Notes: generated by a model not told the origin, from the sequence alone. Shown: positions 1 through 9,682, numbered from the stretch's first letter. The stretch is 64,000 bases of DNA from an uncultured cyanobacterium (GCA_963740315.1 CAVUDP010000001.1:1568001-1632000), one strand, 5' to 3'. Program-made: numbers and translations.

Positions 1-201
1 TTCTACTGTTAAATCTATATCTCGAATAATTGCTCGTAAGGTTCCCTTAGCTATTCGATCGTGTTCAGGAACGACAACTTGGCTAAATGGGTCATCTCGC
101 CGCATAATAATGTGACTACTTTCTCTGCGCTTTTGGTAAAAACCTATTTTCTCCAAAGCTTTTATACATTCTTTTCCAGAAATGCTCGGTAGCTTACTCA
201 T
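1..201 (-). CDS. hicA: HicA-family toxin (runs off the window edge)
   Basis: Not in the ORF track. Manual translation MSKLPSISGKECIKALEKIGFYQKRRESSHIIMRRDDPFSQVVVPEHDRIAKGTLRAII shows the HicA SH...VP.H...GTL..I pattern; ATGA overlap with the hicB stop. Confidence 0.9.
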   Translation of the reverse strand, partial: MSKLPSISGKECIKALEKIGFYQKRRESSHIIMRRDDPFSQVVVPEHDRIAKGTLRAIIRDIDLTVE

Positions 202-404
202 ACAACTACCAGGTACGCTTCAAAATTATCTGTAGGAACAGGTAAACCGTCTTCTTCTAAAGCCGCAATGTATCCAGCAATTGCTTCTTTAATATTAGAT
301 AGGGCTTCCTCTTTTGTTTTGCCTTGGCTAATACATCCTTTTAAGCTTGGGCATTCCACAACCCAATAACCATCCTCATCTTTGTACATGATTACTTGTC
401 TCAT
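198..404 (-). CDS. hicB: HicB-family antitoxin
   Basis: EDGYWVVECPSLKGCISQGKTKEEALSNIKEAI is the HicB N-terminal motif. ATG at 404 preferred over the ORF-track start at 422. Confidence 0.9.
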   Translation of the reverse strand: MRQVIMYKDEDGYWVVECPSLKGCISQGKTKEEALSNIKEAIAGYIAALEEDGLPVPTDNFEAYLVVV

Positions 405-525
405 GTTCAGTATATAACCCAAAACTAAAGAATTCTTCTTGATTGTAATTGTTATATTTTAAAGTGATTATGATTGTCTTATGCTTTAAAGTAATTTAAA
501 AAAAATAAATTATTTTAATACTCTC

Positions 526-1143
526 TCAAACAATCGCATCAAAGACTTGCTTTGCTGTAAGGTTCAGTTGGGGGAAAGCAGGAGAAATAATTCGCTCGTC
601 ACCCCTAAAAGCAGTCATCTGATATTCATCATCAATTAACTCACACACAAAAAATGTCGGCTGCTTGGGATTTCCAATAAATTTTCTTCCACCCAAAGCT
701 GCATAATCTACTATCCAATATTCAGGTATTTTCATTGCTTGGTAATTACCAAACTTAGTGTAATAGTCATCTTCCCAATTCGTACTAACAACCTCAACTA
801 TCAAAGGAATAGAAGCACTTTTAGTAACAGTAGATTCTTTTTCCCACAAAGGCTCATTCTCTAAATTCGCATCATTAATCAAAACAATATCTGGTAAATA
901 ACCTGACAATTTGTTTGGTGGCTTTACTAATGCTGTTTTTGGAATAAAATACGGCAATTTTAAGCGTTTATACTCAACGCTAACTTCTCCTGCTAAAAAA
1001 CCTGTTACTTTTTCATGCTTACCACTTGGTTGAGCCATTTCTACAATTATGCCATCGTGTAATTCGTATCGCTTTGCAGCATTTTCCGGCAACCAATCTA
1101 TAAATTCTTTAAAGGTTAATAGTTTCGATGGAGTAATAGTCAT
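526..1143 (-). CDS. Uma2-family (PD-(D/E)XK) putative endonuclease
   Basis: RYELHDGIIVEM, PD, LIVEVVSTN, Y..M.IPEYWIVD motifs typical of cyanobacterial Uma2 proteins. Confidence 0.9.
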   Translation of the reverse strand: MTITPSKLLTFKEFIDWLPENAAKRYELHDGIIVEMAQPSGKHEKVTGFLAGEVSVEYKRLKLPYFIPKTALVKPPNKLSGYLPDIVLINDANLENEPLWEKESTVTKSASIPLIVEVVSTNWEDDYYTKFGNYQAMKIPEYWIVDYAALGGRKFIGNPKQPTFFVCELIDDEYQMTAFRGDERIISPAFPQLNLTAKQVFDAIV

Positions 1144-1348
1144 AAATCAAATAATTTCACTATAGTAGTAAATATTTCTACCTGAGTAATTTTTTCTTAA
1201 AAGCTTACTAGAGATATTTATTCCCTCATCATATATCTAAACCTGCTTGCATTGCCAATATACAGTATGTAACCTAACAATTGTTTGCTGAATTAGGCAT
1301 AAATTTAACTAAGCTTAAGTCAAGTTAAACCTAAACGAAAGTAACTGG

Positions 1349-1377
1349 ATTTGTTAAATAAAAAATATTTAACAAAT
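1349..1377. promoter_or_regulatory. Perfect 12-bp inverted repeat, candidate operator
   Basis: ATTTGTTAAATA-aaaaa-TATTTAACAAAT in the divergent intergenic region about 60 bp upstream of the 1439 ORF. Confidence 0.45.
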
Positions 1378-1438
1378 ACTAGTGTGGTACTTAAGTTAGC
1401 CCTTTTCTGCATGGACAATCATATTTAGTTGGAATTGA

Positions 1439-2050
1439 GTGGGTATGGTATATGAAAACGTTATCTACACGCAGAAGACACTTTCTCAAAGATATGGGAT
1501 TTCAATTGCAGCCTTACAGCAATGGTTCCCATATGCTGGAATCGTGAAACCTAAGAAGCGCGGAGGATATTTTGATGCAGCAGCAGTTGAAGTAGCTGAT
1601 ATTTTTTATGTAGCTATTAGAATCAGAAGGTTGACTTTTGAGGAATATTTAGAACAGGTAATTCCTGCTGGTGGTTTGGATGCTTATTTACGTCTTATTA
1701 ACAAGATGACTCTTTATGACTTTTTGACCAAGCATATATCTGAAGCAGAAAAAAATAACCCAATCGTACAAACAGTAATTAGGAGAATAGAGCGTAATGA
1801 AGCATATAAATCAGCTAGCACAACAGCTACAAGTTTCACAGCCACCGTTGTGCGAAATATTTGCCAATTATTGGATTTAGAGATTAATGAGAATACAATT
1901 CCGGAACAAGTTGAATCCCAGTTAGTGAATCTAAAAGCTGCTGCGAATAAAGAAAATATGTCTTTAGAGAAAGCTGCTCGGCATTTGATTGAGATGCGCG
2001 ATCGCGAAACAGAATTAGGCGATGCTCCTTTAGGAGCCGCCTTCGGCTAA
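1439..2050 (+). CDS. Putative HTH (MerR-like) DNA-binding protein, apparently fused by frameshift to a degraded downstream gene
   Basis: N-terminal YTQKTLSQRYGISIAALQQW is HTH-like. An internal AGGAGA + ATG at 1797 suggests a second gene; the stop at 2048-2050 lies within a 27-bp insertion. Confidence 0.5.
   Translation: MGMVYENVIYTQKTLSQRYGISIAALQQWFPYAGIVKPKKRGGYFDAAAVEVADIFYVAIRIRRLTFEEYLEQVIPAGGLDAYLRLINKMTLYDFLTKHISEAEKNNPIVQTVIRRIERNEAYKSASTTATSFTATVVRNICQLLDLEINENTIPEQVESQLVNLKAAANKENMSLEKAARHLIEMRDRETELGDAPLGAAFG
2024..2050. repeat. 27-bp hairpin element inserted in a HIP1 site (small dispersed repeat-like)
   Basis: GCGAT|GCTCCTTTAGGAGCCGCCTTCGGCTAA|CGC; removal restores GCGATCGC and an open frame to about 2191. 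Confidence 0.75.
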
Positions 2051-2369
2051 CGCAAATTCAACAAGCGCGAATATATAAAGCAAAGATTTGGCGTAGATCC
2101 AGAACAAGCTCCCGGAGATAGTTTCGTAGGAATGCTCTACGGGGATACTGATAGAGGGATTCAACTAGGACAATTACGTCCGAAAGAGTAGTACTGGAAT
2201 CTTCTACTCTTGCTTTAGAGGAATTTATATTTAGTGGAACTGGAGATAATTTAAATGAATTTGACCAAGCTCAGGAGCGAATTAACTCACGCATTGATAA
2301 TGATTTTTAAGGGCATTGTCAACTGGGGGGAAGAGAGTCATCCCTTACTGCTGAGTACATCAACACCGC

Positions 2370-2699
2370 GTGCCTCAACAGTTGAAGTCCTCGCGTGCCT
2401 CAAATAAAGCAATCTCAGAAGAAGTAGTCAATCAAATGCTACCTATTTGTTACCAGTTTCGTGATGAAAGTTTATTGCAAATGCGGAATAATTCAACAGT
2501 TGCGGTTGGTATAAACTTCCTCAGTGTTTTATCTGGGACAGTTATTGGAACATGGCTAGCAGTTCCTCCAACTCAAGAAAAGCAAGAAATTTCTAGCATT
2601 CAACCTATTTTGATTGGAGTGGGGATTGGCGAAATAGTTGGGTTAATTTTGGCACTAATTGTAATTTGGAAGAGTAAAAACAATGAGCGCAGTATGTGA
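2370..2699 (+). CDS. Small membrane protein (2 predicted TM helices)
   Basis: Two hydrophobic segments; overlaps the next ORF; start uncertain. Confidence 0.55.
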   Translation: MPQQLKSSRASNKAISEEVVNQMLPICYQFRDESLLQMRNNSTVAVGINFLSVLSGTVIGTWLAVPPTQEKQEISSIQPILIGVGIGEIVGLILALIVIWKSKNNERSM

Positions 2700-2901
2700 T
2701 TTTTTAGTTAATACCGCAGGTGGTTTGTTAATGAATTTAGGTGTTTCTGGAATGGTAGGTCAATTGATGGGAGTAGGTGCGACCCTTGCCCTACATCCAG
2801 TATTGCTCTTAACCGGAATAGTTGTTGGTGGCGCAGGAATTGCTGTTGCTCGCGAGCTAAATAAACGCCCGCAATTAAGTTTAATTGTTGACAATACTTG
2901 A
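2683..2901 (+). CDS. Small glycine-rich hydrophobic membrane protein
   Basis: 72 aa, mostly G/L/V/A helices; operonic position. Confidence 0.6.
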   Translation: MSAVCDFLVNTAGGLLMNLGVSGMVGQLMGVGATLALHPVLLLTGIVVGGAGIAVARELNKRPQLSLIVDNT

Positions 2902-2914
2902 ATAAGGAGTTCAA

Positions 2915-3751
2915 ATGTTTACTCCCGTAACCGTTCAAGATAAAAAGCCGACTCGAAAGAAGAAAAAGGTAAGTATAGGTTTGTGGACGGCTTTCTCCAC
3001 TGTTGGAGCCATTTCCGTAATCGGTGCGGTAGCTTTGATGGTTGGATGGAAGCAGCAAATACCAGGGAAGAATCAAATTTCAGCCGTACAGCAAGCTAAG
3101 ACACAAGTATCTCAAATACGTGAAGTCTACCTAGAAAAACTTTCTCGCACTGACTACAACATCGACCATCTTTCTAGTTATTCGTCAAATGAAGGTGCGC
3201 CAAATTTAACAGGGTGGAGACAAATGTCAGCAGCATTATGGGGTCAGCAACTCAAAAGCCAAATATCTGCGATGCAGAATGATGAAAATTCAGGTTTTTA
3301 CCGTTTGCATTACATGCCTGCATTAGAGATAGTTAAATTCAACTCCCTGGATGTTTTACTAGAAGCGGCTTCTGGTAATGATACCTTTTACTGGGGTTAT
3401 CGTAAAACCGACGGAACAAAGGTAGAAGAAAAGATTCCCATTGGTGCGGTTGCTGTAATGATATTAGGGAAACTCGAAGCAATCGATTACGCGCAAAGTC
3501 TGGAATCTCAACCCGTAGTGGATTTGAATCAAATGTTAGTTCAAATTCGCAATGCTCAACAACCATATTCACTGGCTCAAGCCCAGTTATTACGCGCCCG
3601 TGGATATTCAGATCCAGTTGAACAATTAGCTCAAGTAGGAGAAATTCGCGAAAAAATCAAAAAACAACAGGAAGAACGGAAACTTTATTTGCAAGAGATG
3701 AAAGAGACAGTCAGACCAGCTACTCCGAATCCAGAAGATACTCAACCTTAA
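2915..3751 (+). CDS. Hypothetical single-pass membrane protein with helical C-terminus
   Basis: AAGGAG RBS; basic patch followed by one TM helix. Confidence 0.75.
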   Translation: MFTPVTVQDKKPTRKKKKVSIGLWTAFSTVGAISVIGAVALMVGWKQQIPGKNQISAVQQAKTQVSQIREVYLEKLSRTDYNIDHLSSYSSNEGAPNLTGWRQMSAALWGQQLKSQISAMQNDENSGFYRLHYMPALEIVKFNSLDVLLEAASGNDTFYWGYRKTDGTKVEEKIPIGAVAVMILGKLEAIDYAQSLESQPVVDLNQMLVQIRNAQQPYSLAQAQLLRARGYSDPVEQLAQVGEIREKIKKQQEERKLYLQEMKETVRPATPNPEDTQP

Positions 3752-3814
3752 ATAACCAAACGAAGCTCTAATTAATGTTTGTAATCTCAAATCCTAAACC
3801 AAGGAGACTTTAGT

Positions 3815-4315
3815 ATGTACGCCAAATTTGCCGCTGCAATAATTTGTATAGCTTTATGTTCGCTTAACGTTGTAGCGGCAGTCAAACGTACTCCTATCCG
3901 TACCACTCTTTCTGGTTCAACCCGCACAACGGTAGAGATGATGCCGTCCCCCAATTCATCCGTACATTGGATGAGTGCAATCATCTTTATCGGTGGTTTT
4001 GCTGGTTTTTTGGGTTGGGGAATTTCTGATTACAACAACATAATTGAAGATGATGAGATGATTGATAATTCGGTAAATACAAATGCCCCCACAACCTCGA
4101 ATAATGTTCAATTACCTCCATCTGTTAATCCTGATGTGAATAGTATTTCTAGCAATAACTTAATTCACTTTCCCTCACGCTCTTTATCTAATCATTCCGA
4201 TCTAGATATAGCGAACCAATCTGAAACATTGTCTCCACAAGAATTTTATTCTCAACTCCAACAAGAGGATTTGTGGAACGATGATAATTCCAATCCCAAT
4301 AATAATGTTAATTAG
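3815..4315 (+). CDS. Hypothetical membrane protein with Asn/Ser-rich tail
   Basis: AAGGAG RBS; two hydrophobic segments. Confidence 0.7.
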   Translation: MYAKFAAAIICIALCSLNVVAAVKRTPIRTTLSGSTRTTVEMMPSPNSSVHWMSAIIFIGGFAGFLGWGISDYNNIIEDDEMIDNSVNTNAPTTSNNVQLPPSVNPDVNSISSNNLIHFPSRSLSNHSDLDIANQSETLSPQEFYSQLQQEDLWNDDNSNPNNNVN

Positions 4316-4324
4316 GAGTTAAAT

Positions 4325-4810
4325 ATGTCCAGGAATCGTCGCGATCGCGTTGATATTGATTATTCCGATGGTGGTGCAATTATTCCCACCACACGCTTGC
4401 AGGGAATGTTAAATCAAGTTCAACAACAAGGAGGTGTAGTAAATCAGCAGTCGGCTATACCAATGTCTGTTGATTCCCAACCTGTAGAAGTACGATACGT
4501 CAATTCACAAACGAGCTATAAACCAAAAGTGCCTCAAATTGAAATTCCCTATGTAGAAACGTGGAAAGCTCACAGATTACACCCTCAGAATCAGGCGCGT
4601 TTCTTTTGGTATCCTGCCTACTTCCTTAGCGATTGTATAAAGTCTCCAATTGGTGTGGGTGCAGTTGGGTTGTGGTTGTTTGTAATGTTGGTTAATTTTC
4701 TACTCAATGGTAGCTATACCGGACCAGGTTATGCTTCCGGGAAGAAGATTGAAGTCGTACCGGAGGAAGTACCTTCGTTTGCCATGCCTGTATTTCGGCA
4801 ATTGGAATAA
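4325..4810 (+). CDS. Hypothetical membrane protein
   Basis: AGGAG RBS; one TM helix; TAATG coupling to the next gene. Confidence 0.7.
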   Translation: MSRNRRDRVDIDYSDGGAIIPTTRLQGMLNQVQQQGGVVNQQSAIPMSVDSQPVEVRYVNSQTSYKPKVPQIEIPYVETWKAHRLHPQNQARFFWYPAYFLSDCIKSPIGVGAVGLWLFVMLVNFLLNGSYTGPGYASGKKIEVVPEEVPSFAMPVFRQLE

Positions 4811-5061
4811 TGTTGGTCAAAATTTGCTTTGGAGTAACTTTATTGGTGTGGGTACTCGATATTCTCCAACCGGGGTACCTCAAATTTTATAACTTGGGCG
4901 ATGTAACTCAAAAAACTAAATTCCCAATCTCCAAAGCAATAATTCCGCAATCCAAACCCACACCAACTGATTCGATTTGCAAGAATCCTAAGAATAATTT
5001 TGAGAAGTTACTCAGTTCTACCAATTCTAGTTGTCATAATGCGAATCAAACTGGAAATTGA
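4810..5061 (+). CDS. Small secreted or membrane-anchored protein
   Basis: Start overlaps the previous stop; N-terminal hydrophobic helix. Confidence 0.55.
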   Translation: MLVKICFGVTLLVWVLDILQPGYLKFYNLGDVTQKTKFPISKAIIPQSKPTPTDSICKNPKNNFEKLLSSTNSSCHNANQTGN

Positions 5062-6124
5062 AAGTAACAATAGCAAAATCGTAGGCTTCAAAGAGTCCGG
5101 TAGCGGTTTGTCTATCGATAGAAACTGGGGATATGCTTTTGCGACTTTGGTTTTATCCGTTGCAATCGCATTTCCCCAAGTTTCAGAATGGGTTGAATCC
5201 CAACAACCAATTCGGTTACTCCAAAGATTAGCAAAAAATACAAGCAAGCTTACCGACTCTAAAAGCACAGCTTTTCCGACAACTAAAGGTTCAGCTATCA
5301 CCAGTAGTTTTGGTTGGAGGACTCATCCCCTTACTGGGGAACGTAAGTTTCATTACGGTATTGACTTTGGTGCTTCTAAAGGTACTCCAATTTATGCATT
5401 TGAAGCTGGTTTAGTTGAGTTTGCTGGTTGGAGGGGTGGTTATGGAAAAGCTATCATTATCAATCACGGTGCGGGGAAATCAACTCTTTACGGTCATGCT
5501 AGCAAGCTTTCTGTGCGAAAAGGGGAACAGGTTTTACCGGGACAAATGATTGGGAAAGTCGGAAGCACGGGATTTTCTACCGGACCGCATTTACATTTCG
5601 AGGTGAGGCTAAATAATAAACCAGTTAACCCGCGTCCCTATTTACAGCAGCATAAAGTAAGCTCTAATTATTCACACCGGATGCAGGCTTTTTTAGCAAC
5701 TATCCGCTGGGCTGAAACTGGAACAAGTGGGACAGAAAGTTATCAAAAGTTAGTTTTTAATGGCAATTTTGATAATTTTTCAACTCATCCGTTAATTAAA
5801 CAATGTGCCTCAATTAATGGAAAGAAAAATTGTTCTACTGCTGCTGGTGCGTATCAAATGCTCGACAAATCTTGGTGGGATTTACAACCAAAGTTAAACC
5901 TAGCAGATTTTTCTCCTGAATCACAAGATAGGATGGCTATTGAATATATTCGTCGTAACAGGGCTATTTCTGATATTGAGTCAGGTAATTTTGCTAAAGC
6001 TGCTTGTAAAGTTGGTAAGATTTGGGCTTCTTTTCCGTGCAATTCCTATGACCAAAATCCGAAGAAAATAAACGAATTGAATCGTTATTACCAAAAACAA
6101 TTATCTCTAAGGGCTGGTAGGTAA
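5039..6124 (+). CDS. Membrane-anchored M23 peptidase fused to a lambda-R-like lysozyme/transglycosylase domain
   Basis: M23 zinc motifs HYGID and STGPHLHFE; C-terminal AFLATIRWAE...STAAGAYQML...DFSPESQD...WASFP. ATG at 5039 preferred. Confidence 0.88.
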   Translation: MRIKLEIESNNSKIVGFKESGSGLSIDRNWGYAFATLVLSVAIAFPQVSEWVESQQPIRLLQRLAKNTSKLTDSKSTAFPTTKGSAITSSFGWRTHPLTGERKFHYGIDFGASKGTPIYAFEAGLVEFAGWRGGYGKAIIINHGAGKSTLYGHASKLSVRKGEQVLPGQMIGKVGSTGFSTGPHLHFEVRLNNKPVNPRPYLQQHKVSSNYSHRMQAFLATIRWAETGTSGTESYQKLVFNGNFDNFSTHPLIKQCASINGKKNCSTAAGAYQMLDKSWWDLQPKLNLADFSPESQDRMAIEYIRRNRAISDIESGNFAKAACKVGKIWASFPCNSYDQNPKKINELNRYYQKQLSLRAGR

Positions 6125-6125
6125 T

Positions 6126-8138
6126 ATGTCAAATTACACCAACACTGAAATTTACCAAGCCGTTACCATTCTAAAATCACAAGGATTATCTAACCAGGAT
6201 ATTCTCGCAGAAGCAGAACAGCTATTTGATTTTAGCCAACAGTTATATCTTGTAGAAATCCTCCAAGAATCTGACTTTGGTAGTAAAATAATTCGTCCCG
6301 TCAAGAATTGCGATCGCGATTATTTGTTCGGAATCATCTACCAAGCCGTAATCAGCGGTACTGACTATGACCGAATAATTAATGTTTGCTCGGAAGAGTT
6401 AAATTTGGAAGATTTGGCTTTTTCCAAGCTAGCATTAGAGTATGTTTTAATCAATCGATATATCAGTACATACGAAAGAGATGCTTTCATTATTGAACTA
6501 TATAAACAGTATCAAGAAAGTAAATCCTATCAAGATTTAGTTAAGCTTGCTGATTCTACCAAGAACGTTTATCTAAAACAACTGGTTTATAAAACAGCCG
6601 AATTAGTTGCTAAGAAAACAGGAGAAACACCATCTTTATCTTTAGCAAGCAGTAAAATAAACCAGAATTATGGGGATTTAACGAGTAACACAGAACAAGA
6701 TATTACAGAAGTCGAAGAAAAATTTAATCATAAGGTGGGTGACACCTTAGTCGAAACTCTTAATGATTTTGGTGTTAACTGTAGCTATGTCGATACTAAA
6801 GTTGGTCCCACTTTCAAACGTGTCAAAATCAAATTGAAAAAGGGAGTTAGCTTCAAGAAGGTTCAAGGACTTGGTAGCGATTTGGTTCAGCAATTAGGAG
6901 AAGAACTGGGATTTGAAAACCCACCGATGATATCTGTTATACCCGGTGCTGTTGTATTTGATATTCCTAGACTTGAACGACAGATAGCCCATTTCAACGA
7001 TTACGTTGACTTAACAAGTGAGATTAATATTAATCGAATAGTTATCCCCGGTGGTGTGGATGTTGATGGCAACTATATTGAAATTTCACTTTGCGACTCA
7101 AATGTCTACCATACCTTGGGAGGGGGTATGACTGGTGGAGGAAAGAGCCAGTTTGAAAAAGCAATGGTTCTGTATTTGGCACTGCGCTATCCTCCCAGTT
7201 TGGTCAAACTTGCTTTGAGTGACGTTAAATTAGTATCTCTGACTTGCTTCAATGGACTTCCCCATCTCATTGCACCCGTTGCAGAAGATGCAGCTAACAC
7301 CCTGCAAATTTTTAATTATTTAGTTGCTGAACAAGAACTTCGTTATGAAGAGTTTAAATGTGTAGGAGTTGAAAATATTAAAGAGTACAACCAAATGTTT
7401 CCCGATTGTCCCATGCCTCGAATAGTTTCTGTAACTGATGAATGTTTTGATTTACTTTCAGACAGCACCTACAAAGACCAAATCGAAATGGATTTGATGA
7501 AGCTGCTAGCTAAAGCCGGTGCTGCGGGAATCAATATTTTTCTGTTTACCCAACGTCCCGATAAAGATGTAATTAAACCCTTGATTAGGTCAAATTGTTC
7601 GGGAAAGGTTGCTTTTATGGTATCCCGTCCAGAAGATAGCGGGATTATTTTAGGTAATCCCGACGATAACCGCGCTGCTAGTTTGTCGGGTAGTGGGGAT
7701 ATGCTTTACAAGTCACCTAAAGGTGTTATGCGTCTTCAGGGTTTATTTTTGGGTACAAAAGTAGATTTTGGAGATTACCTCAATCAAGCAATGAGTATCC
7801 ATACAGATACTTCCTGTTGGAATTCGGGATTACAATTTTCTAGCTTTCTAATTGAAAATACTTCTAATCATCAAACGGGAGCTAAAAATTCAAATAAATC
7901 CAAAACTGATTCGCTTGGGAAGAATAATCAATCGGAGGAAGTTTTTTTTAATATTAAGCTTGATGATTTAACTAAGTCTCAAATTTATTCTCTCTACAGC
8001 CGAGGTTACGAACTGCATCAAATATTACAAGAGATATTTAATTTATCGCGTTCTGATGGTAGGAAATATAGGCGAATAAGGGATATTGTTGCTGAATTTA
8101 TTTCTAGTTTGGAAGAGCGAAATAAAGATGATATTTGA
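6126..8138 (+). CDS. FtsK/SpoIIIE-family ATPase (DNA translocase-like)
   Basis: Walker A GGMTGGGKS, D.K, Walker B VTDE, AGI....TQRP, A..L.G.GDML; FtsK alpha-like segment L..FGV......VGPT. Confidence 0.88.
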   Translation: MSNYTNTEIYQAVTILKSQGLSNQDILAEAEQLFDFSQQLYLVEILQESDFGSKIIRPVKNCDRDYLFGIIYQAVISGTDYDRIINVCSEELNLEDLAFSKLALEYVLINRYISTYERDAFIIELYKQYQESKSYQDLVKLADSTKNVYLKQLVYKTAELVAKKTGETPSLSLASSKINQNYGDLTSNTEQDITEVEEKFNHKVGDTLVETLNDFGVNCSYVDTKVGPTFKRVKIKLKKGVSFKKVQGLGSDLVQQLGEELGFENPPMISVIPGAVVFDIPRLERQIAHFNDYVDLTSEININRIVIPGGVDVDGNYIEISLCDSNVYHTLGGGMTGGGKSQFEKAMVLYLALRYPPSLVKLALSDVKLVSLTCFNGLPHLIAPVAEDAANTLQIFNYLVAEQELRYEEFKCVGVENIKEYNQMFPDCPMPRIVSVTDECFDLLSDSTYKDQIEMDLMKLLAKAGAAGINIFLFTQRPDKDVIKPLIRSNCSGKVAFMVSRPEDSGIILGNPDDNRAASLSGSGDMLYKSPKGVMRLQGLFLGTKVDFGDYLNQAMSIHTDTSCWNSGLQFSSFLIENTSNHQTGAKNSNKSKTDSLGKNNQSEEVFFNIKLDDLTKSQIYSLYSRGYELHQILQEIFNLSRSDGRKYRRIRDIVAEFISSLEERNKDDI

Positions 8139-8383
8139 AAGTTTTCTAATGGGTGATATTCCTGGTGAATTATTGTAGCAGCAATAAAGTAAGTTCAACT
8201 CTTACTATCACCATTGGGGATAAATAATTACCGATACTGAAAAGATTAGTACAGAATTATTTTAATTCTGAAAAATAACAGAGTAAGGTGTAGGTTAATT
8301 GTTTTCCTCAAATCCCAATTTTAAATATGCCGGGGCAAGAGTAATTTTTGCTTTTGTTACCTATATTTAGAGAGGGATGGACT

Positions 8384-9682
8384 ATGTTTAAGAAACTTTG
8401 TGTCAAAGCATTTCAAGCAATTAATCTGACAGTGGGAGCAACTTCATTAGTTGCAATTGCTGTTGGTGCAATAGCAGTTTTTGGCGGTGCTGGCTTATTT
8501 AGTATTGAAAAAGCTGGAGTCAAAACCATACCAGAGAAACGGATTCAACAAACTTTACACCTGGGAATGGGTTCTACTCTTCTAGGAGGTGTCGGATTTG
8601 TATCTGCTTCTTTCGCTGCTGCTTGTGTTGCTTCACTTTTAGATAGAGTTGACTGGGATGATGATCAAGAATTTCTAACTTCTAATAATACTAATTCCGT
8701 AGTATTTAAGTCGAGTGCAATTATCCCAACGACTGAGAATAATGATTTGCTATATCTTTATCAGATAATGCGAATTGAAGGTTGTTCTCATCTCGAAACT
8801 AAGTTGATTGTTGGAAGAATAGAAGAAAAAGTATCGCGAAAAGTTGTTATTTACGATTTTTTAGATTCCCAGCAAAAAAATAGCTTGATGGAAATATTCG
8901 ATGTAGATTTTGATGAAGATAAGTTAATTGGAAAAGCTCTTTCATCTTTAAAATCAAATCCTTGGGATGCAATTTGTGAATTTGTTGATTTCTACCGCCC
9001 TCAGTTGGAATTTAAATCGTCCTACGAGGAATTTTCTAGTTTTAATCTAGAAATATGTGCTGGATGTCGCAATTTTCATGGAGCAAATAAAATCGTTTGC
9101 GGAATGCATCCATATGGGTGGGATGATAGTTGTACTTGCCCCGATTGGCAGTCCGATAAACATCAAAAACGGGTTTATTTCCCATTCGAGCGTGAAGAGA
9201 CAATTGAGCAGTTGAATCAAAGTATTGAAACAAATCAAGCAACTTTGATGAAAAATGACGACGGTTCTTTAACTCTTTGGGATAACTACACCAATCGTAG
9301 ATTTCATTTTTCGTGGGCAGGAAAACTTCAAGATGATTCAGACAAACTAGTGGAATTGGGCGAACACGCTCAATTACTTTCTTACGTTCAATACTTTTCA
9401 GTAAGGGCTGTAATTGAATTTGACTATTCGTCTAAAATTGACGAATTTGCTCAACAATTAAAGGGTATTGCTAATATTGAAATTAGCGATACGGGTATTA
9501 ATGTTAGGGTTAATCATTGCCCAAAGTTCAATATAAATATTGACCGACAATACCGTTTCTTATTGAATGGTATTCCGTTGTACCCTTACGAATCAATTGT
9601 GCCGCAAGAACTTAAGTACAATTATAATCTTGTGACTTTTATTGGATGGTTGAAAGCTAATAAAACTAGGGTAAGACAATGA
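8384..9682 (+). CDS. Hypothetical membrane protein with Cys/His metal-binding motif
   Basis: Two N-terminal TM helices; CAGCRNFHG...CGMHPYGW...CPDW motif. ATG at 8384 follows GAGGG. Confidence 0.7.
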   Translation: MFKKLCVKAFQAINLTVGATSLVAIAVGAIAVFGGAGLFSIEKAGVKTIPEKRIQQTLHLGMGSTLLGGVGFVSASFAAACVASLLDRVDWDDDQEFLTSNNTNSVVFKSSAIIPTTENNDLLYLYQIMRIEGCSHLETKLIVGRIEEKVSRKVVIYDFLDSQQKNSLMEIFDVDFDEDKLIGKALSSLKSNPWDAICEFVDFYRPQLEFKSSYEEFSSFNLEICAGCRNFHGANKIVCGMHPYGWDDSCTCPDWQSDKHQKRVYFPFEREETIEQLNQSIETNQATLMKNDDGSLTLWDNYTNRRFHFSWAGKLQDDSDKLVELGEHAQLLSYVQYFSVRAVIEFDYSSKIDEFAQQLKGIANIEISDTGINVRVNHCPKFNINIDRQYRFLLNGIPLYPYESIVPQELKYNYNLVTFIGWLKANKTRVRQ

